The position numbers and the translations under genes are program-made. From Anaerolineales bacterium (GTDB lineage: Bacteria; Chloroflexota; Anaerolineae; Anaerolineales; DRMV01): a stretch of DNA of 35,103 nt. Of this stretch, positions 16,047 through 23,733 are shown one piece after another (the first letter of the stretch is position 1; each line of letters begins with the position of its first letter). The notes beneath the pieces were generated by a model that saw nothing but the letters and a program-made list of their open reading frames with translations, was not told where the DNA came from and searched no databases. Where the stretch lies: the NCBI GenBank assembly GCA_026985785.1, contig JALSPT010000163.1, positions 1 to 35,103 of the forward strand. The letters run 5' to 3'.

Positions 16047-17066
16047 TCAATGGTACAGGAGGTACACCCATGCCCATAAAGGCACCAGGCCGCCTACGGC
16101 TATCAGCGCGAGGAAAGCAAGCGCCACGGTCAGCCAGTCGAGGCCTTCCTCGTCTGTTGGGGAAGATGGTGGGGGGGAGATGGTGGGGATGGGTTGGGAG
16201 CGCTCTGGTGGTTTCGCTGGGCGAGGTTGTGAGGTATGGGAAGGTGCCGTGAGATGGAGCAACACACGTCCCAACTGGTCGGCAGTGCGGTAGCGGGCTG
16301 CCGGTTCTTTGGCGAGGGTTTTCAGAATGACCTTTTCCAGCGGCTCCGGTAGGTCGGGCGCGTAGGTGCTGGGTGGAATAGGTGGTGCTTCCCGATGCAT
16401 GCGGGCGAGTTCTTCCGGGTCGTCGGAGAGGAAGGGCAGATGGCGGGTCAGAAGTTCGTAGAGTATGACGCCCAGCGAGTAGACGTCCGAGGCAGGTATG
16501 GGAGGGCGTCCGGCGGCCTGTTCGGGGGAGAAGTATTGCGGTGAGCCCCATCTGGGATGTGAGGAGGTGTCTTCGTCGGTAGGCGCTGCAATTGCCCGTG
16601 CGATGCCGAAATCGGTTACTTTGAGATGCCCATCGGCGGTGACCAGCATGTTTTGTGGCTTGACGTCGCAGTGTACCAGGCCGAGGCGATGCACATAGCC
16701 TATGCCTGCGCATGCCTGGATCAGCAGGTGGATGGCTTCGTCGGGGGGGAGGGGGGCCTGGGCGTCGATGATCTGCCGTAAGGTTTGGCCAGGGACATAC
16801 TCCATTACGATGAAGAGACGTTCTTCGTCGTACCCAAAATCGTAAACCGTGACGATGTTTGGATGGTTGAAACGAGCAGCAAGGGTGGCTTCGTGTTGGA
16901 ACCGTTCGCGCAGAGGGGCGTCGCGAGCGTATTCTGGGCGGAGGATTTTGAGAGCCACCGCGCGGTGAAGTGCGGTGTCGTAGGCGTAATAGACGTATGC
17001 CATCCCCCCGCGCCCCAGCAGGCGTTGAAGTTCGTAGCGGTTGGCCAGCAGATGAGGAGTTGTCAT
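16047..17066 (-). CDS. Hanks-type Ser/Thr protein kinase with a C-terminal TM anchor
   Basis: From the ATG at 17066: YELQRLLGRGGMAYVY, VALK, HCDVKPQN, DFG and SPEQ, then a Pro-rich linker and LTVALAFLALIAVGGLVPLWAWVYLL. The longer ORF-track start at 17222 lies inside the MITE. Confidence 0.9.
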   Translation of the reverse strand: MTTPHLLANRYELQRLLGRGGMAYVYYAYDTALHRAVALKILRPEYARDAPLRERFQHEATLAARFNHPNIVTVYDFGYDEERLFIVMEYVPGQTLRQIIDAQAPLPPDEAIHLLIQACAGIGYVHRLGLVHCDVKPQNMLVTADGHLKVTDFGIARAIAAPTDEDTSSHPRWGSPQYFSPEQAAGRPPIPASDVYSLGVILYELLTRHLPFLSDDPEELARMHREAPPIPPSTYAPDLPEPLEKVILKTLAKEPAARYRTADQLGRVLLHLTAPSHTSQPRPAKPPERSQPIPTISPPPSSPTDEEGLDWLTVALAFLALIAVGGLVPLWAWVYLLYH

Positions 17067-17097
17067 GGCGTGACCTGGACAGTCAAAGTGCGTAGGA

Positions 17098-17106
17098 ATT
17101 GTACCA
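17098..17106 (-). promoter_or_regulatory. candidate extended -10 promoter (TGGTACAAT) for the kinase gene
   Basis: The minus strand reads TGG-TACAAT, 31 nt upstream of the ATG at 17066. Confidence 0.3.
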
Positions 17107-17195
17107 GAGGGCAAGAGATGGTGGTGGGCGCTCAGAAAGGTGCCACGGGGGCGTTTCACGGTGTTGAGAGAGACGCGCTGCAGACCCAGTTTGCC

Positions 17196-17396
17196 GGGTG
17201 CAAGCAAATGTCGTAGAAGCACTTTTCAGGATCTCACTCCTCCCCCGCCGCCTACGGCGGCCTCCCCCTCCCCTCCCTTCAGCAAGGGAGGGGAGGGGGG
17301 AAGGCGGAGGCTGTCCTCACGAAGGACAGCCTCCGCCAGGGGGTGGGGAGAGATCTGGCCATACGATAGCCTTATCTACAACATTTGAGTGCACCC
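17196..17396. mobile_element. MITE-like element, copy B (201 bp), inverted relative to copy A
   Basis: The terminal inverted repeats match copy A. 9-bp direct repeats CAGTTTGCC flank it at 17187-17195 and 17397-17405. The core holds three hairpins (CCGCCGCC-TAC-GGCGGCC-like, CCCCTCCCCTCCCTT..AAGGGAGGGGAGGGG, and GGAGGCTGTCCT..AGGACAGCCTCC). Confidence 0.85.
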
Positions 17397-17412
17397 CAGT
17401 TTGCCCTCGCGT

Positions 17413-17441
17413 TTGACGCTATAGGTGAGTACAAGTATAAT
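17413..17441 (+). promoter_or_regulatory. sigma70-type promoter, TTGACG-17 nt-TATAAT
   Basis: TTGACG at 17413-17418, a 17-nt spacer, and TATAAT at 17436-17441. It lies 60 nt upstream of the DUF4388 gene ATG. GGGAG is the RBS. Confidence 0.55.
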
Positions 17442-17501
17442 TCTTTTGCGTTTTGACAGGGCGCGACGTTTCAGCATCATCATTATCCACAGGGAGCCGC
17501 C

Positions 17502-18326
17502 ATGGCGCTCAAAGGGAATTTGCGTGATTTCTCGATCACGCAGTTGCTTAACCTCATCAACTTGGCCCGAAAGACGGGGGTGTTGCATATTCGGGGACCC
17601 GAATCGGAGGCCAATATCTACTTCAGAGAGGGCAAACTGGCGTATGCTGGCTTGAGCCACCAGCCCAATGATTTGGCCTCGGTGTTGTATCGGGAAAAGA
17701 AACTAACGGCAGGGCAATACAAGGCGATTAAGGCAAAAAGCGGCCATATTTCTGACAAAGCGTTGGGGCTATTGTTGGTCAATGCGGGATATCTCTCGCA
17801 AGAGGATATTTTGCGTAGTTTGCAAGCGGCATACGTTGAGGTGGTGCGCCGTTTGTTCGCGTGGGCGGAGGGCCTTTTTCGTTTTGATGCGCAAGCACCC
17901 CCGCCGGCGGATCGCATCCTCGTACGTGTGAATTTGGAGAACCTCATTATTGAGGGTGCGCGCCAGCTGCGAGAGTGGGAACAACTCCAAAAGGAGATTC
18001 CCAATCTGGATATGGCGCTGAAATTCACTGACCGCCCCGGAGCAAACCTGCGTAGCCTCAATTTGAGCGTGGAAGAATGGCGGGTGGTGTCTTACATCCA
18101 TCCTAAGAATACGATCCGGCAGATTGCCCGGGCGACCAAGATGAATGACTTGGAGATCCGGCGGATTGTGTACGGGTTGCTTCAGGCTGGCCTGGTGGAA
18201 CTGGTGAGGCCGGCGCAAAAAGAGATGGCACCACCCAAGCCCATCCGTACTGCACTGGAAGGCAAGTCTAAAGACGAGCAACGCTCGCTGGTCAATCGTT
18301 TGATTTCCCGCATTCGGGGTCTCTAA
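17502..18326 (+). CDS. DUF4388 (PATAN-like) domain protein with a C-terminal winged-helix-like segment
   Basis: The N-terminus GNLRDFSITQLLNLINLARKTGVLHIRG...IYFREGKLAYA is the DUF4388 signature. The middle has LGLLLVNAGYLSQEDIL. The C-terminus has EEWRVVSYIHPKNTIRQIARATKMNDLEIRRIVYGLLQAGLVELV, which looks like an HTH. Confidence 0.8.
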   Translation: MALKGNLRDFSITQLLNLINLARKTGVLHIRGPESEANIYFREGKLAYAGLSHQPNDLASVLYREKKLTAGQYKAIKAKSGHISDKALGLLLVNAGYLSQEDILRSLQAAYVEVVRRLFAWAEGLFRFDAQAPPPADRILVRVNLENLIIEGARQLREWEQLQKEIPNLDMALKFTDRPGANLRSLNLSVEEWRVVSYIHPKNTIRQIARATKMNDLEIRRIVYGLLQAGLVELVRPAQKEMAPPKPIRTALEGKSKDEQRSLVNRLISRIRGL

Positions 18327-18361
18327 CTCCCTGTTTTATATCTTGACCGAGGAATTATGCC

Positions 18362-18901
18362 ATGCAGACAGTAAAAATTGTGGTCACGGGCCCCTTTAGC
18401 GCTGGCAAAACGGCTTTTATCCAGACTGTCAGCGAGATCGACGTCGTCTCCACGGAGCGCAAGATCAGTAGTGAGGCGGAAAAGATCAAAGACACCACGA
18501 CTGTAGCGATGGACTTTGGCCGCATCACGGTAGATGATGATCTTGTGCTTTACCTCTTCGGCACGCCGGGGCAGAGGCGCTTTGATTTTATGTGGGAAAT
18601 TCTTTCAGAGGGTATGCTGGGCTTTATCGTGTTGGTAGATAGCACGCGCCCCGAAACCTTCCGTGAAGCACGCAGTATTTTGGAAACCTTCCGCGCTTAT
18701 GCCCCAACGCCCTACGTTGTGGCTGCTAACAAGCAAGATCTGGAAGATGCCTGGGAGTTGGAAGACATGCGGATTGCTTTGCGGCTCGATCCGCAAGTAA
18801 AACTGGTGCCGTGCGTGGCAACGGACAAAGAGTCGGTGAAGAAGGTTTTGTTGGAGTTGTTGTTGAGTATTATGGAAGAGATCGAAGGTGGCGCTTCGTA
18901 A
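18362..18901 (+). CDS. small Ras-like GTPase of the MglA/CvnD (ATP/GTP-binding protein) type
   Basis: P-loop GPFSAGKT, G3 LFGTPGQ and G4 NKQD. It is 179 aa. Confidence 0.85.
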   Translation: MQTVKIVVTGPFSAGKTAFIQTVSEIDVVSTERKISSEAEKIKDTTTVAMDFGRITVDDDLVLYLFGTPGQRRFDFMWEILSEGMLGFIVLVDSTRPETFREARSILETFRAYAPTPYVVAANKQDLEDAWELEDMRIALRLDPQVKLVPCVATDKESVKKVLLELLLSIMEEIEGGAS

Positions 18902-18955
18902 CGTTGACAAACGCAAGCACGCCTTCATAAGGAACCAGATACGTGGGGCAAGAGG

Positions 18956-18985
18956 GGGCGAGGTGGAAAAGCCTCGCCCTGTTTT
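18956..18985 (+). terminator. rho-independent terminator after the GTPase gene
   Basis: GGGCGAGG-tggaaaag-CCTCGCCC followed by TGTTTT. Confidence 0.6.
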
Positions 18986-19074
18986 CATCGGCTGGCAGGC
19001 GGTGCTCCCGAGGGTTGACCTGCGGGTGGGGGCGCTGGCCGAGAGGAAGATTGTGAAAACTGTGTGAGGCGTTT

Positions 19075-19902
19075 GTGTCATCAATTACTACGGATCAAGG
19101 CGTTGTTCATTACGAAGTGTTTGGCCGCGGCCAACCGGTGATTTTGCTGCACGGTTGGTTGGGCTCGTGGGGGGTGTGGCAGGAGACGATGGCCTACCTG
19201 GGGCAATATTATCGCGCCTATGCCCTGGATTTTTGGGGGTTTGGAGAGTCGGGTAAGAAGCGCGAGTCCTACGATGTTGCCGATTTTGTCAGCCTGGTTG
19301 ACCAGTTCATGGAACAATTGGGTATTGCTCAAGCGCCTTTGGTCGGCCATAGTATGGGCGGAACGGTGGCGTTGAGCGTGGCCATTCAATATCCCCATCG
19401 GGTGACCCGTGTCACGGTGATTGGGTCGCCAATTGACGGCAATTCCCTGGCTTTGGCACTCAAGTTGGCCGGTTATCGCCCGATTGCTTTCCTGGTGTAC
19501 CGTTTCATGCCTTTGCTTCAACTGGGTATTCGGTTGAGCTCACCGTTTGTGACCAAGGACCCCCGCTGGCCGGAAATGATGGATCGCGACCTTTCTCAGA
19601 CCACGCTGGAATCCTTCCTTCATAGCATTGCCTCTTTGCGCCGCACGAATTTACGCCCCTCTTTGCGCCAAATCCGCCAGCCCGTCCTCGGAATGTATGG
19701 CGATAAAGACGTGATCGTTAGCCCACGCCAGTGGATACCGCTTAAGCAGGGCGTGCCCCATGCTCAGATCGTGCGCTTTCGTGAGGCTGGGCATTTTATC
19801 ATGCTCGATCAGCCTCAGGCCTTTATGCATACCCTGCACGCTTTCCTGGATGGCCGTCCTGTAGTGAAAGATCACGGTGCTGAGGGCACAAGGCGAGTAT
19901 AA
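19075..19902 (+). CDS. alpha/beta hydrolase (intact Ser-Asp-His triad)
   Basis: GTG start with GAGG 5 nt upstream. It has HGWLGSWGVW, the nucleophile elbow GHSMGG, GDKD and GHF. Confidence 0.85.
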   Translation: MSSITTDQGVVHYEVFGRGQPVILLHGWLGSWGVWQETMAYLGQYYRAYALDFWGFGESGKKRESYDVADFVSLVDQFMEQLGIAQAPLVGHSMGGTVALSVAIQYPHRVTRVTVIGSPIDGNSLALALKLAGYRPIAFLVYRFMPLLQLGIRLSSPFVTKDPRWPEMMDRDLSQTTLESFLHSIASLRRTNLRPSLRQIRQPVLGMYGDKDVIVSPRQWIPLKQGVPHAQIVRFREAGHFIMLDQPQAFMHTLHAFLDGRPVVKDHGAEGTRRV

Positions 19903-20438
19903 TGGCGGTGGCGCCCAAGATGGTAGGCACAGAGGCCGTGCAAACAGCCTGGCAGGCCGCAATAGAGGAGATTCTGGGGCCGGAGCAAGACGTTTTGGGT
20001 GAGCGTTTGCCTTCCTGGCAAGGGGCTGTCGCGGCGCTGTGCGGTTACTATGGCGAGCGTGCGGGAAAAGGGCTAAGCGTGCGGATAGGGCGTGCTTTTG
20101 CGCGGCGCCTGGTTCCCCTGTTCGCGGAACAGGCGGGCTTTCAAAGCGCGGCATTCCGTTTTTTGCCCTGGCCGCGGAAGGTGGTGCGCGGCCTGGAACG
20201 GTTGGGAGCGTTCGCCCGCCAGTGGTTTGTTGTACCCGTTACGGTGGATGTGCAGGAAACAGAAATCGTGTGGCGTTTCGCCGCATGCCCCTTTGGGGCG
20301 ACGTGGGCGGGCAGTTGCGCGCTTTGGCAGGGTTTCTTGCAGGAAATACTCTACTGGCTTAGCGGCGGTCGTTGGTTTGCCGTGCACCTGGATGGTAAGA
20401 AGCCTCTTTTACGGGTGCCCCGGCGTCCGTTGCATTGA
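19902..20438 (+). CDS. hypothetical protein, possibly with a V4R-like small-molecule-binding domain
   Basis: 178 aa. Its ATG overlaps the upstream TAA (TAATG), and the next gene starts directly after its stop. The C-terminal FAACPFGATWAGSCALWQGFLQEILYWLSGG resembles the Cys-containing V4R pattern, but this is a weak call. Confidence 0.5.
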   Translation: MAVAPKMVGTEAVQTAWQAAIEEILGPEQDVLGERLPSWQGAVAALCGYYGERAGKGLSVRIGRAFARRLVPLFAEQAGFQSAAFRFLPWPRKVVRGLERLGAFARQWFVVPVTVDVQETEIVWRFAACPFGATWAGSCALWQGFLQEILYWLSGGRWFAVHLDGKKPLLRVPRRPLH

Positions 20439-21731
20439 GTGCTCGCGATGCTTAAAATCATTCTCCACGACGACCGGCATATTGCCCCCTTCAACGAGCC
20501 TGCGCGTGACTTGCGGATCCAGAACAAGCCGCTCTGGCTGGCGCAGCGTGACGTGCTGACGCCGTACGTCGACCGGGAAATCGAAATCCGCGCTGGTCAG
20601 CAACTGCCACCTATTCGGGAAGAGGTCATTGCTTATCGGGACAACCTCTTCTTCGACGAATTCTATTTGCGCGCTTTTCTGGAGGAAGCCCGCCGCCGCA
20701 ATAAACCGGTGCGCGCGGCTTTTTCTGCCAACGACCCGGCCTTTCGGGAGCACGCTCTCCCGCTTTCCATCTCCTATACGCCGCAGGGCGATATTTACCT
20801 TGCCGACCTCTGGTATTACCCCCACGGCACGGTGACGGATGAGGAGCCGGAACCTCTGGTGATCGATTTGCTGGCGCGTGAGATTGGCTACTATCACGTG
20901 CCCACTTATATGGCCACCGAACAGGGCGATCTGGTCTTTCAGGTGCCTTTGCGGGCCTTGATTGCCATCGATAGTTGGGTACACATTTTCATCGCCGATG
21001 TGGTGTTTGGCGTGTTTGCCCGCGGGGCGCGCTTCGAAGAGCGCCTCAACCGCGACCCCCTTTTCAAACTCAAAATCCTGGCCACGGCCATGTACGAAGG
21101 CAAACAGGTGCTTTCTTCTTCCCCGCTGGTGCAAGTAGGGCGCAATGTGGTGATCGACCCCACGGCGGTCATTCACGGCCCGACCATCATCGGCGACAAC
21201 GTCACCATCGGCGCCGGGGCGGTGATCGACAATTGCGTCATTGGTGATAACGTGAATGTCTCTCAAGGCTGCCAGTTGCTGCTTTCGGTGGTGGGGGATG
21301 GCGCTTTCTTGCCTTTCCGGGCGGCGCTCTTTATGACCACTTTCATGGACAACAGCATGGTAGCCCAAAACGCTTGCTTGCAGATGTGTGTGGTGGGGCG
21401 CAATACGTTCATTGGCGCGGGCACCACGTTTACCGATTTCAACTTGATTTCGGCGCCTATCAAAGCGCGCGATGGGCATGGCGTGTTGCGGGATTCCAAT
21501 CGCCCGGTGCTGGGCGGCTGTGTGGGGCACAATTGCCGTTTAGGCTCTGGATTGGTGATCTATCCTGCCCGGATGATTGAGTCCGACGTGGTTTTGGCGG
21601 CAACGCCGGAGCGCCGTGTGATTATGAAAGACGTCTCGTACGAAGAAAGCGACCACCACCATCTGCGAGGAGGCCATCGTCACCCGCGCCTCTATCCCCG
21701 CCCGGGTGAAACATCCTCTCAAAGTTGGTAG
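20439..21731 (+). CDS. left-handed beta-helix (hexapeptide repeat) protein, GlmU-like putative nucleotidyl/acyl transferase
   Basis: Hexapeptide run VVIDPTAVIHGPTIIGDNVTIGAGAVIDNCVIGDNVNVSQG. The N-terminal KIILHDDRHIAPFNEPARDLRI resembles the alternative GlmU-like family. The start is either GTG at 20439 or ATG at 20448. Confidence 0.7.
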   Translation: MLAMLKIILHDDRHIAPFNEPARDLRIQNKPLWLAQRDVLTPYVDREIEIRAGQQLPPIREEVIAYRDNLFFDEFYLRAFLEEARRRNKPVRAAFSANDPAFREHALPLSISYTPQGDIYLADLWYYPHGTVTDEEPEPLVIDLLAREIGYYHVPTYMATEQGDLVFQVPLRALIAIDSWVHIFIADVVFGVFARGARFEERLNRDPLFKLKILATAMYEGKQVLSSSPLVQVGRNVVIDPTAVIHGPTIIGDNVTIGAGAVIDNCVIGDNVNVSQGCQLLLSVVGDGAFLPFRAALFMTTFMDNSMVAQNACLQMCVVGRNTFIGAGTTFTDFNLISAPIKARDGHGVLRDSNRPVLGGCVGHNCRLGSGLVIYPARMIESDVVLAATPERRVIMKDVSYEESDHHHLRGGHRHPRLYPRPGETSSQSW

Positions 21732-22836
21732 TGCCGTGGATACTTTCGCTTTCATCATTCACCCCATCGACCCCAAGCGAGACGTGAGCCGCAAGTTCCC
21801 TCTTTTGGGGCGCATTTTGACCGAGCGGCAGATTGACTTCTTTTCCACCTTTTTCCCTCCCGTGTATATCTCGGAGATTACCGGCATCACTTCGGAGGCC
21901 ACGGGCAAAGAGATCAAGGGATGGTTCGTTGCCTGCCCTTACACGCCCCGCCGGATGTTGGAACTGCCCGAAAGGGTGGTGTATCGCAAGATCATCCAGA
22001 CCGGTCGGCTGGCCGAGCGGCTGGGCGCTAAAATTTTAGGATTGGGCGCGTTTACTTCGGTAATTGGTGATGGCGGCCTGACCATCGCTCGGGCGTTGGA
22101 TGTGCCGGTCACCACGGGCGACGCTTACACCGTTGCCATCGCAGTGGAAGCCGTTTGGGAGGCCGCTCGCCTGATGGAGATCGACCCGTCCAATGCCGTG
22201 GCTGCCGTGGTTGGGGCCACAGGTGCGATCGGGCGAGTGGCTGCAACGCTCCTTGCACGGCGCGCAGGTGAGGTATACTTAATTGGGCGCCGCAGCGAGG
22301 CGCTGGAGGCCGTGCGGGAGCGTATTGCTGCCGACGGTGGACGGGCTGACCTTAAAATCAGTACCGAGATGAGTGACCTACGCAAGGCACAGTTGATCTT
22401 GACGGTAACCAGCGCGCTGGATGCCGTCGTAGAGCCTGAGCATCTCCAGCCCGGTAGTGTGGTCTGTGATGTGGCTCGCCCGCGAGATGTGTCGGCGCAG
22501 GTGGCAGCGGCGCGGCAGGACGTGCTCGTCATCGATGGCGGTATGGTGCAGGTGCCGGGGCCGGTGAATTTCCATTTCGACTTTGGTTTCCCTCCAGGAA
22601 AGGCCTATGCCTGCATGGCCGAAACGATGGCGCTGGCTTTGGAGGGACGCTTTGAAGATTACACGGTTGGCAAAGAAATTTCCCTCGCGCGGGTAGAGGA
22701 GATCGCCCGCATTGCCGGTAAGCATGGCTTTCGCTTGAGTGGTTTCCGCTCGTTTGAAAAAGCGGTAACCCCCGAACACATTGCTCGTGTACGTGCCCTG
22801 GCCAGGAAGCGGCGGGCGCAGCGGGCAGGGAGGTAG
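21706..22836 (+). CDS. acyl-ACP reductase (Aar)-like NAD(P)-dependent oxidoreductase
   Basis: Colinear with cyanobacterial Aar as I recall it: FAFIIHPID, LGLGAFTSVIGDGG, TTGDAYT, VVGATGAIG, and the catalytic-Cys context YACMAETM (Cys codon at 22612-22614). An alternative GTG start lies at 21736. Confidence 0.75.
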   Translation: MKHPLKVGSAVDTFAFIIHPIDPKRDVSRKFPLLGRILTERQIDFFSTFFPPVYISEITGITSEATGKEIKGWFVACPYTPRRMLELPERVVYRKIIQTGRLAERLGAKILGLGAFTSVIGDGGLTIARALDVPVTTGDAYTVAIAVEAVWEAARLMEIDPSNAVAAVVGATGAIGRVAATLLARRAGEVYLIGRRSEALEAVRERIAADGGRADLKISTEMSDLRKAQLILTVTSALDAVVEPEHLQPGSVVCDVARPRDVSAQVAAARQDVLVIDGGMVQVPGPVNFHFDFGFPPGKAYACMAETMALALEGRFEDYTVGKEISLARVEEIARIAGKHGFRLSGFRSFEKAVTPEHIARVRALARKRRAQRAGR

Positions 22837-22839
22837 ATT

Positions 22840-23733
22840 ATGGGCAAGGCTCGCATCTTGGTCGTGGAAGACGATCTGGACATCGCCAATATGTTACAGA
22901 TCTATTTTTCCAGTCAGGGGTACGATGTGGAAATTGCCCCTCGCGGTTACGACGCGTTGGAAAAAACCCGTCACAGTATGCCCCACCTCATTGTGCTGGA
23001 CATCATGCTCCCTGACATCGATGGGTATGAAGTCTGCCGCCGTTTGCGCACCAGCACCCGCACCAGCCACATCCCTGTGATCTTCCTGACGCAGAAAGAC
23101 GAGCGCAGTGACCGCCTGCAGGGGTTGGAATTAGGCGCGGATGATTACATCACCAAGCCGTTCGATATCGAAGAATTGCGGTTGCGGGTGCAAAATGCCA
23201 TTCGGCGGGCGGAGCGTGAGAGCCTGACCGACCCCCGCTCCGGCCTGCCGGCGGGGCGGCTGATCGAGGAGCAACTGCGGCGCATCATACGCACCGACGG
23301 CTGGGCGTTGATGGATATTCGCATCAACCATTACGATGCCTTTCGGGAAGTGTATGGCTTTGTGGCCGCCAACGATGTATTGCGTTTTACCGCCATGTTG
23401 CTCAATGAAGTGGTGGACGAATTGGGCGGGGCCGAGGATTTCATCGGCCATCCGGGAGACGAGAACTTTGTCGTCATTACCACCGAGGAGGCTGCAGCGC
23501 CTATTCGCGCCCGCCTCAAAGAGCGGTTTGCCGAAGAGGTCAAGAGCCACTACAACTTCATCGACCGCGAGCAAGGTTACATTACAGTAGAGGAACAAGG
23601 CAAACAACGGCGGGTGCCTTTGATGACGCTTTCCATCGGCATTGTATCGCCTTCGCAATATCAGTTCGCGGATATTCGCGAGATCACCGAACTGGCAGCG
23701 GAAGCGCGGCGTAAAGATCTGCCGGCTGCTTGA
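22840..23733 (+). CDS. response regulator, REC plus a degenerate GGDEF domain
   Basis: REC motifs VVEDD, VLDIMLPDIDG and ITKPF. The output domain has the GGDEF layout (TDPRSGLPAGR...DIRINHYDAFREVYGF...), but GDENF replaces GGDEF and there is no RxxD I-site. Confidence 0.85.
   Translation: MGKARILVVEDDLDIANMLQIYFSSQGYDVEIAPRGYDALEKTRHSMPHLIVLDIMLPDIDGYEVCRRLRTSTRTSHIPVIFLTQKDERSDRLQGLELGADDYITKPFDIEELRLRVQNAIRRAERESLTDPRSGLPAGRLIEEQLRRIIRTDGWALMDIRINHYDAFREVYGFVAANDVLRFTAMLLNEVVDELGGAEDFIGHPGDENFVVITTEEAAAPIRARLKERFAEEVKSHYNFIDREQGYITVEEQGKQRRVPLMTLSIGIVSPSQYQFADIREITELAAEARRKDLPAA

Noticed and set aside
15997-16713. N-terminal extension of the rpe ORF to 460 aa, and of the kinase ORF to 17222.
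   Set aside because: The extension of the rpe ORF overlaps the kinase gene in another frame and is Arg/Pro-rich. The extension of the kinase ORF starts inside MITE copy B. Conserved N-termini (MPALIAPSIL; MTTPHLLANRYEL) begin at the internal ATGs.
18904-18932. TTGACA-17 nt-CATAAG promoter-like hexamers just after the GTPase stop.
   Set aside because: The -10 is weak, and it is followed within about 25 nt by the GTPase terminator hairpin. This is more likely chance than a functional promoter.
19075-19902. Calling the first alpha/beta hydrolase MenH.
   Set aside because: The only evidence is the fold and the absence of menH from the men operon. It is embedded in a different, tightly coupled operon, so I left it as a generic hydrolase.
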